64,000 bases of DNA from Escherichia phage PC3. Shown piece after piece: positions 40,311 to 49,281 of the stretch. Where the stretch lies: the sequence record ON184125; one strand, 5' to 3'. Numbering within the stretch: position 1 is the first letter of the stretch; each line of letters opens with the position of its first letter. A program made the position numbers and the translations under genes. The notes beneath the pieces are model-generated. The model searched no databases and was not told the origin of the DNA. It worked only from the letters and a program-made list of their open reading frames with translations.

Positions 40311-41426
40311 TTAAAAATTAAACGGATAACGACGACGGCCACCATTGTACTCCATTCGCTGCAATATGAAAATTGCGGTGAATGGTAAGCAGCCCAGCAG
40401 AACAACAACCACAACTTCCCAGGTCTTGAGTTCCCGCCACTTCAGGTACTCCATTTCCTTCATCTCAACGCGGTTGTAGCCTTTGGTGATGTTAGCGACA
40501 ACATCAGCCATGACACCGACGCCCATGTCGTGGCCTGTGAGAGTCATGCCATTGCGAGAGTGTAGTTCACGGTTATGCATACCATCAGCGAACGAAGTGC
40601 TCTTACCCCAGTTGATCTTCAGATCTTTGCTGATGTCGGTCACGACGATAACGTCGTTCTTTTTACCACCATCCCAAGCATAGACCAAGCCCTGGAAGTA
40701 TTCAACTGGCTGACCGGATGTCACAACCCAGACGATATTGACCTGACGTGAAGCACCTAATGTTTTCAGAGTATTGTTCAGATAGTCGTTCCAGTATGTG
40801 GTCGGTAACGCCAGGCCGGACACATTCAACACACGAGTGACACGATAGTAGTCATAGACCTCAGGGTACTTGGGAATCTTGTCTTTGAAGCGTTCAGCAA
40901 ACTGCTGGTCTGAGCGGGAGAACAGAGAGTCTTTGTTACCCAGTACATAGTTCATGTAGGAATGCTCACGGGCTGCGGGTTCGCCGATCTGAACCTGCGC
41001 CCAGCGCGGGGGCTGACCAAGACCGCGACGATCAATGCGGTCAATCGTCAGATTACCGACAGTCGTCAACACATCCCAGTCCACGTCATATGAATGCTCA
41101 TAACATGTACTGCAATGACGCGTTTTTGTACAAGATCGGTTATTTCCTGAACCTGTACAAGATGTGGTGTAGTAGCAGTTGCATTCATATGAATGCTCAC
41201 AGCTCACCTTATTCCGCTCCTTTGCAGTGACGTACCCGTTCAGGATCTCAACATCCCCTGAACTGCCAAGGGAGAACGCAGCATAAGCCCCCGCCTGAAT
41301 CAGACAGGATAGCACCACTACAATCGCGGTCGCTATCAGAGTCTCTTTCGGCTCATGGGTCTTGCGGTGGTAGATCACAAACAAGATAGCCAGTACCAAT
41401 GGCACACCAAACAGGAGGTAGATCAT
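40311..41426 (-). CDS. membrane protein with Cys-rich extracytoplasmic domain
   Basis: N- and C-terminal TM helices; CEHSYECNCYYTTSCTG...CSTC cluster. Confidence 0.45.
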   Translation of the reverse strand: MIYLLFGVPLVLAILFVIYHRKTHEPKETLIATAIVVVLSCLIQAGAYAAFSLGSSGDVEILNGYVTAKERNKVSCEHSYECNCYYTTSCTGSGNNRSCTKTRHCSTCYEHSYDVDWDVLTTVGNLTIDRIDRRGLGQPPRWAQVQIGEPAAREHSYMNYVLGNKDSLFSRSDQQFAERFKDKIPKYPEVYDYYRVTRVLNVSGLALPTTYWNDYLNNTLKTLGASRQVNIVWVVTSGQPVEYFQGLVYAWDGGKKNDVIVVTDISKDLKINWGKSTSFADGMHNRELHSRNGMTLTGHDMGVGVMADVVANITKGYNRVEMKEMEYLKWRELKTWEVVVVVLLGCLPFTAIFILQRMEYNGGRRRYPFNF

Positions 41427-41662
41427 TTGGATTCACCGACGAGCTGCGCCTTGGTCATCCCAAGGAGTTGATCTTTATGCTCAGGATTGGCACCGTTCTT
41501 TAACAACAAATCCCAACGCTCTTCATGGTACTGTGGGTCCAGTGCTTCATCAAATGTGATGTGGTGGCGGAACATAATAGTTGCCACTGAATGGACACAG
41601 TGAGCGATTGCGCGCTTCATTGTTCGAGTATTCTTGTTCATCTTGTACACCCTCCGACACAA
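41423..41662 (-). CDS. hypothetical protein
   Basis: 79-aa ORF. Confidence 0.35.
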   Translation of the reverse strand: MCRRVYKMNKNTRTMKRAIAHCVHSVATIMFRHHITFDEALDPQYHEERWDLLLKNGANPEHKDQLLGMTKAQLVGESK

Positions 41663-41862
41663 ATGATATTCAGTTCGCCACGGACAAACCCATTCTTACC
41701 GGAGGATTTGTTGCCGTTCAGCATTTTCCACAGCCCATCAGCGTCGCCCAATTCCGGCATCTGATACTGTACCACAGGGGTCTTGCGATCTTCTTCGAGC
41801 ATTACAGACACCATAGATTCGATATCCAGGGAGTCCATATCTTCAATTCGTTGCATTGCCAT
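41638..41862 (-). CDS. hypothetical protein
   Basis: 74-aa ORF. Confidence 0.35.
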   Translation of the reverse strand: MAMQRIEDMDSLDIESMVSVMLEEDRKTPVVQYQMPELGDADGLWKMLNGNKSSGKNGFVRGELNIICVGGCTR

Positions 41863-41874
41863 AGTGAAATCCTC

Positions 41875-42072
41875 TTAATAGAGTTTGGTGTATGTTTGTT
41901 TGACACGCATAAAAGTGCTCATATATTTTTGTGATCCCACCAAATGAGCAAACGCAATTTCTGCCGAACTCTTGTCCTTGAACTCCAGAACGGAAGTGTC
42001 TACTGCAATAGATTGATTCTTCCCGTCGAAGCCAACGGTTGTCACTAAGATCTTATAATCTTGGGTTTCCAT
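41875..42072 (-). CDS. hypothetical protein
   Basis: 65-aa ORF with RBS-like AAGGA upstream. Confidence 0.35.
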   Translation of the reverse strand: METQDYKILVTTVGFDGKNQSIAVDTSVLEFKDKSSAEIAFAHLVGSQKYMSTFMRVKQTYTKLY

Positions 42073-42093
42073 GATGTATATCCTTGCAAAAGA

Positions 42094-42128
42094 AAGGGGA
42101 ACGGGCTAATAATAACCCATTCCCCTTT
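42094..42128 (-). terminator. hairpin (AGGGGAACGGG...CCCATTCCCCT) with TAATAATAA loop plus T-run
   Basis: Downstream of small ORF 42154-42321; followed on the minus strand by TTTCTTTT. Confidence 0.45.
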
Positions 42129-42153
42129 ATTGAAGGAAGCAACCCCAGTCAGA

Positions 42154-42321
42154 TTACTTTTTCTTCAGCTCGTCCAGTTTGGCTTCGATCTGGTCCAGAA
42201 TCTCTTTGCCTTTCTGAACAATCACTTCACCATCTTGCGCGTGTTTACGGAAGACCAGAGCACCAGCGATGAAGCCGACAACCGCGCCAGGAAGCGCATA
42301 AACCAGCAGATCTTGTAACAT
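42154..42321 (-). CDS. small protein (55 aa), below the ORF-track size cut-off
   Basis: GAGG RBS 8 nt upstream of ATG; hydrophobic N-terminal half, charged C-terminus. Confidence 0.35.
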   Translation of the reverse strand: MLQDLLVYALPGAVVGFIAGALVFRKHAQDGEVIVQKGKEILDQIEAKLDELKKK

Positions 42322-42357
42322 GATAATATCCTCGCTTTATAGGCGAGGATATTTATA

Positions 42358-43584
42358 TCAGCGTTTCAAGAGTGTCATGAGGTTGACGCTGCTGGACTTC
42401 GGTTTATCAATCTTCGGTTTACCCAATTCTCGATACACCTGGTCAGGCTCCCAGCGCGTACCCTTTTGCAGGTGCCAGATATGCAGAGGAACACCAGTCT
42501 CAAAGAACACAGGCATCTTCCACTTCTGGACGCCTGGAACGTGCCCTGCAGGAGCCTTTTCGCACAACAGGGTATCTGGCAGCCAGAGCGAACGGGCTTC
42601 CCAGAGCGCTGCGCAGGAGTATTCAGGCCAGACGCGTTCCATGTAGTCTATCTCATCCCAGGTACGCTCTGCGTCCCACCCGATGTAACGAGTATTCTTC
42701 AGTCGGAAGAATTTCTTCAGCCAACAAGCACCGGAGGTTTCAAAGTTCAGGCGGTTGATGAACGTCAGGTGCCCGAACTCAGCCACACAATCCTGGAACG
42801 CCTGCTCAAGGTCGGCCTCAAGGATGTCACACTCTTCATCCGTGATAGGGCAACTGTTGATCTTTTTCTTCCCGTGTTTAGTCACCCAATCGTCACGGTT
42901 GGACAAGAACGCCGCGCCATTACGGTTGGACTCGCTTCCATCACGATCACGCAACATGAAGCCAGGGACGTCAATGGTGTATTCGTTCCCGAAGACCATG
43001 TTCAGGGCTTCCAGGAAGTTCCAGGCGCTCAGGCGACCGAAGTATTTCCAGGACATCGCCGTGTCCCACAGCTGGGTGAATTGTTCTGTCTTATCGATGC
43101 ACACCAACATCCCACGGAAAGCGTCATATTGAGTACGGCCAGCCAGCCAGTCAATATAGGACTGAACACACGGAATCATCTTGGACTTGCGGTAGCGACA
43201 GTCGGTATCGAATCGCATGCGATCAAAGTTCAGATTATACCAATCAGAGAAGCGCTGCATCTCTTCCTTAGACTGAGGCGGCACAGGGAACTCACTGTAG
43301 ATCGTCCACGGCCCGACGGCGTTATAGCAACAACCCCACAGGAATGCCATCCAGATCTTGCGCTCGACTTTCTGTTCGAGGCTGATGCCTTCAGTGACTT
43401 CGATCGCATAGTCCATCAGACGCATCTGCTGGTTGTGCTCTTCTGTGTAGGACAGCGCCTCCACCCAAGCCTTGAGCAAGTACATGCGATTCTCAGGCTT
43501 GCGATAATCAACAGCCAGGTCAATCGGGTACTTCCATTCAGCCGGAGGCGTATAGCCCGTCGGCATTTTAGATAAATGATGCAT
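42358..43584 (-). CDS. hypothetical protein (408 aa)
   Basis: Long ORF with no motif recognisable by eye; candidate accessory enzyme. Confidence 0.55.
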   Translation of the reverse strand: MHHLSKMPTGYTPPAEWKYPIDLAVDYRKPENRMYLLKAWVEALSYTEEHNQQMRLMDYAIEVTEGISLEQKVERKIWMAFLWGCCYNAVGPWTIYSEFPVPPQSKEEMQRFSDWYNLNFDRMRFDTDCRYRKSKMIPCVQSYIDWLAGRTQYDAFRGMLVCIDKTEQFTQLWDTAMSWKYFGRLSAWNFLEALNMVFGNEYTIDVPGFMLRDRDGSESNRNGAAFLSNRDDWVTKHGKKKINSCPITDEECDILEADLEQAFQDCVAEFGHLTFINRLNFETSGACWLKKFFRLKNTRYIGWDAERTWDEIDYMERVWPEYSCAALWEARSLWLPDTLLCEKAPAGHVPGVQKWKMPVFFETGVPLHIWHLQKGTRWEPDQVYRELGKPKIDKPKSSSVNLMTLLKR

Positions 43585-43945
43585 CTTTCGCTTCCTCTTC
43601 AGGAGCCACAGCTTCAGGCTCAGGAGCCAGCTGAATATCTTCCGGCTTCACGAACCCCATCGGACGTTCCCACATATCGATAAAACGACGGTCAGCGGTC
43701 ACGAACCACAGACGGGCTGCAGTGTGGGTCTTACCCGAGATGAACATCTGAGCGTTCGTCTGGGTACGGAACGGAGCAGCCTGCAACCACTTTCCGAAGT
43801 CTTTGGACGACGGATTGGCATTCAGCTGGAACTGAGGGATGACGCAGTTCTTTTCAGGAATCAGGCGCACGGCAGTAATGTGCTTGGCGTTTCCGGTGTA
43901 GTCGATCGCAACAGCCACAGCATCGCGAGGGATTTGAATTTTCAT
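43568..43945 (-). CDS. hypothetical protein
   Basis: Start moved to internal Met that is ATGA-coupled to the upstream small gene. Confidence 0.4.
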   Translation of the reverse strand: MKIQIPRDAVAVAIDYTGNAKHITAVRLIPEKNCVIPQFQLNANPSSKDFGKWLQAAPFRTQTNAQMFISGKTHTAARLWFVTADRRFIDMWERPMGFVKPEDIQLAPEPEAVAPEEEAKDASFI

Positions 43946-44145
43946 TTTGGTTCCTTGAATATTTTGTAACCAGCAGCGCCGATAGACATCACCGCGCCAA
44001 TACAGTACATCACAGTCACGTTCAACTTCTCTGAGGTTGTTAAGTCCAGAGGGGTGAAATGATAGGCTAGGGCAGTACACATTGAAACGGCTGCCATAAC
44101 CAGACCAATGAACAACAGATAATTAGACAACCGTTTCATGATCAC
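43942..44145 (-). CDS. small membrane protein
   Basis: 67-aa ORF, two hydrophobic helices. Confidence 0.35.
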   Translation of the reverse strand: MIMKRLSNYLLFIGLVMAAVSMCTALAYHFTPLDLTTSEKLNVTVMYCIGAVMSIGAAGYKIFKEPK

Positions 44146-45740
44146 CCCTTCTTCATCAGGTCAAGGAGAGAGCGCGACGCTGCCTTCGTTGCTTCTGGCT
44201 GGGCGCTCGCCTTGGTTTTAGTTTTGGATGCCTTCTGCGGCTTCTCAGGCACTCTGTGCGCCAAAGGGTTGCTACCCTTAATCTTGCGCAACATTGGTGT
44301 GGTGTCGCAATATTTTTGAAACTCTTCTTTGGACAACCCTCTCAATCCAACAAAATCTATAATAAAACTACCAATAAAGTGGAGAGGGGCATCGAAGAAT
44401 TTCAGTATATTCCAACCAACTGCCTTTACACCATTTTCATTCGCTGCCTTTGCAATGAACAACTCATTCTGAGAGTCTGGTTCAAGTTCGTATCCGATGG
44501 CAGCGTACTCACTCATGATCTTGACGTGATCCTTGGTGTATTGTTCATTTCTTCCCCAGCCAGTGTCCTTCGCCGCCTTACCAGAACGACCGATGATACG
44601 TTTGTCGTAATCTTCCCGCGCTTGGTAAATAAAGGAGATGAATGCCATGTTGTTGAACCCCAAGTCCTGGTGTACGAACTCGGGACGCCATCGATGGCTC
44701 TGCATCATAGGTTCCCCCTCCAAGATGATAGTTGCATCTTTGAACTTTATTTTGAGATACTTCAACAACGAATTGGCCATCTCAGAAGACTTGAGAGTGG
44801 AGTGTATGAAATCCATAGAAGTCCATGATGCTAGACCTGATTTGTTGGACACTGTATACTTGCCGATGAACACCAGATTGATTTCCTTGAACCAAAACCC
44901 AACCTGGATCATCTTCTTGTCGAATTCGTATTCTATGAGTTCTGGCTCATATTTGGTTCTCAACCACTCAAGGAATTGAACGACACGAGTCCCCTTTCCC
45001 GTTCCACTTGTCCCGCGAATAACGACAATACCCGGCGTCACGCTAGAATTTATCATAGTCATAAAACGTTTGTCCTCTTTGGGAATCCAACCATCTTTAA
45101 ACATGGCGATCATATTACGAAAGACGCTCTCATCGCCCTTTAGATTACGATACTCTGTGTCCAGTAGTTTAGAATACCACAATCCGATAGATTTGTAACC
45201 ACATCCTCGTTTTGGTATACAGGTAGGATTCACAGTACCACCGTTATTCACCCATCTATCATAGATCCTACGGGCGTCCTTCCAAACCCACCAATAACCA
45301 TTTGAAACCATGAATGGGTAGGGAGAATTACCCCTGTTCTCCTTTATTGATTTTATTACACGCTCCCGGTATTCTGGATCATCCCAAGGATTTATACCAG
45401 ATTTGTATTTCTTGCCAGTCCTGGCCAACGCCGCCTTAAATTGGTTTGGTATGATAGAATTGTCTCCTCCCAATTTCAGGTTCAGACATAATGGGTCCAA
45501 CAGTAACTCTTCCGTAACAATAATAGACTCCAGGTCGGATGCCTCCAACCTGGTTTCAAACTTTTCTATTATCGTCTTTAAGAATTCAGAAGCGGGGTGA
45601 GATTCCAACAACCTTTTGATGATAACACCAGAACCCATATAGGGGTCTTGTTCGGGGGCGCATGAACAAGACCGAATCCCGACGTAGAATCTCCCAGTTG
45701 GGACATGGGTTATCCTATATGTGTAATGGTAGCGAGCCAT
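44142..45740 (-). CDS. GIY-YIG homing-endonuclease domain fused in frame to a P-loop kinase domain
   Basis: N-terminus YTYRITHVPTGRFYVGIRS...YMGSGVII (GIY-YIG); FKDGWIPKEDKRF module at about aa 215; C-terminal half has Walker A GTSGTGKGT, IGKYTVSNKSG and ILEG, paralogous to the 1228-1887 kinase. Confidence 0.7.
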   Translation of the reverse strand: MARYHYTYRITHVPTGRFYVGIRSCSCAPEQDPYMGSGVIIKRLLESHPASEFLKTIIEKFETRLEASDLESIIVTEELLLDPLCLNLKLGGDNSIIPNQFKAALARTGKKYKSGINPWDDPEYRERVIKSIKENRGNSPYPFMVSNGYWWVWKDARRIYDRWVNNGGTVNPTCIPKRGCGYKSIGLWYSKLLDTEYRNLKGDESVFRNMIAMFKDGWIPKEDKRFMTMINSSVTPGIVVIRGTSGTGKGTRVVQFLEWLRTKYEPELIEYEFDKKMIQVGFWFKEINLVFIGKYTVSNKSGLASWTSMDFIHSTLKSSEMANSLLKYLKIKFKDATIILEGEPMMQSHRWRPEFVHQDLGFNNMAFISFIYQAREDYDKRIIGRSGKAAKDTGWGRNEQYTKDHVKIMSEYAAIGYELEPDSQNELFIAKAANENGVKAVGWNILKFFDAPLHFIGSFIIDFVGLRGLSKEEFQKYCDTTPMLRKIKGSNPLAHRVPEKPQKASKTKTKASAQPEATKAASRSLLDLMKKG

Positions 45741-46045
45741 TACACAGCATCCTCAATACGCCAGCTCACGCCGCCCAGCCAAGGTGCCCAGAACACAGCA
45801 ACCTGTGGGCAGCCATTCTCTTCAAACTTAACTTTATACTGGTCGTCGAAGTTATAGAAGATTTCATCCGCTTCAGAGCGCTGGCCGATCTTCACCAGTA
45901 CATCATGAAGAGCCTTGGCTGCACCGATAGGAGTTGGAGTCTCCTGCTGGCGAATGAAGTTGTTCACATGGTTAATCACGCTATCCATGTCGCTATCACC
46001 GGAACGCTTGTCTGGGGTTTCCCCAAACTTGGATTGTTCTTGCAC
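45740..46045 (-). CDS. hypothetical protein
   Basis: 101-aa ORF. Confidence 0.4.
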   Translation of the reverse strand: MQEQSKFGETPDKRSGDSDMDSVINHVNNFIRQQETPTPIGAAKALHDVLVKIGQRSEADEIFYNFDDQYKVKFEENGCPQVAVFWAPWLGGVSWRIEDAV

Positions 46046-46054
46046 GATGTCCTC

Positions 46055-46834
46055 CTATCGGACGTATTGATAATGACTAATCAGGCGGTTAACCACTTCA
46101 ACAATATTGTAATTCAGGAAGTCGAAGTGATTCTGGCCTTCTACTGGTTTAATATAAAGCATGTCTTCCGAATTCGAAAGATCCAGTTTTTCATAATTGC
46201 CCTGAGGAACAAAGATGACAAAGATGTTGTTCAGGCCGCACGGCTCGACATACTTCGGATTGTCATCAATCAGGACATCGCCAGCCAGCAGATGCTTTTC
46301 GTCGGTGCTGACAAATCCGTTGAAGATACCAGGGAACTTGTCGTAGACAAACTGGCGCTTGCTGCGCTCGTGTTCCGGCTCACACTTGGACACTGCGATG
46401 AATTCAACATTGTCGAAATCTTCGAGCAAGATATCCTTCAGATTTACCAGGAACTCGTAAGCGCCGGGGAGCGGGTTCATCTTGGCGTACAAGTCAGGGC
46501 GACGCCACCAGTCCATAGGATCGTTACCGCTTGGCACACGTTGTTTGTGCATCCCCAATTGTACTTCATGGTATAGCCACGCCGGATGCGCACGTTCACG
46601 CATCAGAATAGCCAGGTCGCCAGCATGGGACATATAACACTCTTTGGTAATCGGCTGGAACTGGTATGACTTATGTTCCCCCGTAGCGATAGCAGCGGCG
46701 GCGATGTTCTCTTCGTTAAACCACTGCACCCAAGGGGAGAGGCTGTCGACCAACGTCAGGTCAACATCCACGAGGACGCGATACAGGCCACCGACCTTTG
46801 ATTTCATATCATAGATACAAACCAGGTTGTTCAT
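46055..46834 (-). CDS. HAD-superfamily phosphatase (5'/3'-deoxyribonucleotidase-like)
   Basis: HAD motif I VLVDVDLTLVD (DxDxT/V). Confidence 0.55.
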   Translation of the reverse strand: MNNLVCIYDMKSKVGGLYRVLVDVDLTLVDSLSPWVQWFNEENIAAAAIATGEHKSYQFQPITKECYMSHAGDLAILMRERAHPAWLYHEVQLGMHKQRVPSGNDPMDWWRRPDLYAKMNPLPGAYEFLVNLKDILLEDFDNVEFIAVSKCEPEHERSKRQFVYDKFPGIFNGFVSTDEKHLLAGDVLIDDNPKYVEPCGLNNIFVIFVPQGNYEKLDLSNSEDMLYIKPVEGQNHFDFLNYNIVEVVNRLISHYQYVR

Positions 46835-47181
46835 TTGTCTTCCTCAACTTTATCGTAGCCTGTAGCAACACACTGTTCTTCGGTACAATCTGCATACAGA
46901 ACGACGGAGGCCTGCTTCACGTAGGTGATGCAGTGGTAAGTTTCGTCTTCCTGGATGGAATCGTCATAATTGCAGACAGTTTGGAGCGGACCCGGAGTAG
47001 TGTTGTCCAGTGCTGCATGCGCCTTGATGGTGTCTTCCATCTTGGACACGGCCTGCTCATTGGTGAACGTCGGCGTGTCAAGGTCTACAGTAGAAGCAAC
47101 GCCCAGAAGGGTGGAACACGCAGTGGTAGAGAAAGCCAGAGCACACACCAGAAGAATCTTATTGAGTTTCATTTCAATCAC
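46831..47181 (-). CDS. putative lipoprotein
   Basis: Signal-peptide-like N-terminus with lipobox-like FSTTAC; several Cys in the mature part. Confidence 0.4.
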   Translation of the reverse strand: MIEMKLNKILLVCALAFSTTACSTLLGVASTVDLDTPTFTNEQAVSKMEDTIKAHAALDNTTPGPLQTVCNYDDSIQEDETYHCITYVKQASVVLYADCTEEQCVATGYDKVEEDK

Positions 47182-47202
47182 CTGTTTGTCAAAGGGTTAA
47201 CA

Positions 47203-47220
47203 GGGGGAATTATATCCCCC
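47203..47220 (-). terminator. hairpin GGGGGAAT-TATA-TCCCCC downstream of the DNA polymerase
   Basis: Perfect 7-8-bp stem between the polymerase stop (47235) and the next gene start (47181). Confidence 0.4.
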
Positions 47221-47234
47221 TTTGGTTTATTGAA

Positions 47235-48816
47235 TCAACCTTTCTTCTTTTGCATCATGGCAAGAAGGTTCACACGGCGCTTGTGTGACCAGCCGACCAC
47301 GTCGAGGATAGACTGAATCGGATCAATGAAGGACTTCTCAAAGGCCGCCTGATAATCCACCCATTTGCCCAGACCAAGCTCCTCGGGGAAGAACTCAGGA
47401 TATGCAAAGTAGTTCTGCCCAAACGGGTTGCCCGGCTTCAATAACACCATCTGTACCTTATCACCCGACTCGATCATCGGTAGACCCAGATCTTCGTTCT
47501 TCTCAACCAGACGGTTGTAGCCCACACACGCCTTGGCAGCAAAATGAGCACCAGATATAAACGAGCCGTCAGCAGCCACACACTTCTCTATGTCGGACAC
47601 GCCTGACGCCTTGGCGATATCGTCTACAGAGAGTTTCATGTACTCCTCTTTGTACTGGGAGATGAGCGTCTGTACTTCCTCTTCGGTGCCGAGTAGGATC
47701 TTCTCATAACACTTGACAAGACGCTCACGACACCATTCCGGCGTGGTGGACTTGCGGGCTTCCAGACCTTTGAACTTGATCTTCGGCTTCTCATACTTGA
47801 TACCCTCACTGTCGTACACGGCCATGGCATACATCTTCTTGGCTCGCCAGACAGCGGCTGACGCAATGACCTCACGCTCCCATACCATACGCTGTTCAAA
47901 TCCGTTCATGGTGTTACACAGAAGCTGTGCCCACTCATTGGTCTTCGGCTGGTAGTTGTCTTTGATCCATTGGTCGATATTATCAACCATAGCATGATGG
48001 TCAGTAACATCAGGCCACAACTGCTTGACAAGACGCTCAATGCAGATGTAGTTGGAGTCGGTATCACCTGCGATGACGAAGTCCTGGCCTGTTGTACCAC
48101 ACAGCTTGTTCAGATAGTCATCAGTGTAACGCTTGTTCCACTTGTTGATCAGCTGACCGGATGTGGTGATGGCTTCGGCAATGTTGAGGTTGAAGTACTC
48201 TTTGAACCAGACGTTCGAGATCGCGCCATAACCTGCGTTCATCAAGATCTTCAGACCTTGCTGTAGGGTATCTTGAGCGACGCCCAGGTCTTCCCACTTC
48301 TTCATCACTTCGGTCAGGGCATCAAGATCAATGTTCTTGTGCTCTTCATACCACTCTGGGTCATAGTAGCGAGACTTCATGGCAGACTCAAGATGGAAGT
48401 CGCCCTTCGACATCTCTTTACACCAGCCAGCCCACTGCTCATACTTCAGACCCTTGGCCTTCTCTACTTTACGGTCGCTGTAGATACCACGCATGATTTC
48501 AGACAGGAACGACATCTTCTCGTTGCTGAAGAATTGAACGTTCGGTGTGAACGACACGTTGTAGCGGCGCAGGGTTTCAAAGTGGAACTCACCCAGGGCA
48601 ACCAACTCATCAACAACCTGCAGGCGTTCGTCAACCGCACGCAACAGCTTGTCGTGAAGGGCTTTCATCAACCGACGTTTGTGCATCGGCGTTGCCATGT
48701 TATTCATCTGAGCAGCCAGCTCTTCACACATAGCCTCAATAATCTCGCGGCGCTGGTGTTTGTCGCCAACGATAGTCTCAGGACCGAGGTTGTACTGCTG
48801 AATGATGTGTGGATAT
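47235..48816 (-). CDS. DNA polymerase (family B) exon 2: second half of motif A through C-terminus
   Basis: Starts with YPHIIQQYNLGPETI matching T4 gp43 YPSIIRQVNISPETI; contains motif C VIAGDTDSNYICIE; both exons together are 3000 nt in frame. Confidence 0.85.
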
Positions 48817-49281
48817 CGCTTGTGTTCAGGGATGCTCGCTATTTCATCCCCCGTGTTCGTCATTCAGTTTACCGAACACTGCTGTATGTCACCATACAGG
48901 CCAGACTATATCACAATCTCCAGAACTGTCTAGAGATTCTCTCCATTTCGAGGCGCTTGCCCCTACTCTACTCGCTTCAGATCAGACGCTTAGTCGTCGG
49001 TCTTGCTTTCGATAGTCGTTGAACCTTGTCGCCCACTACTTCAAGGAAATCATCTGGGTTTAACCCAGCGTAACCAAAGAGTCGTTTGAAGTTTCTTGCC
49101 AACTTGCCCCACTCATTCTGGCAAACATTTCCTTCATGACCTTACTCCTTCACCGAGGTTACAGAGTATTTAGATCTTCGTGGCCGACCTTGGCTGCTGA
49201 TTATCTCTAAAGAGACTTCCCAGCAATTAAGAGAGTTATTCGATGGTTGTCGCCAACCAAAGCCCCTATGCTGCTAACTTA
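48817..49281 (-). mobile_element. group I self-splicing intron, ORF-less (~465 nt), inside the DNA polymerase gene
   Basis: Interrupts motif A between DLNSL and YPHII; 5' exon ends in U that can pair (U-G) with intronic GGGG guide; intron ends in G; GGGTTAAACCCAGATGA, ACGACTAAGCG and GATATAGTCTGGCC resemble T4 td intron P3 and P7 elements from memory. Confidence 0.7.

Noticed and set aside
42358-43584. Assignment of the 408-aa protein as an amino-acid:DNA transferase of the thymidine hypermodification pathway
   Set aside because: Attractive given the kinases and PLP enzyme, but I cannot recognise any diagnostic motif by eye; left as hypothetical
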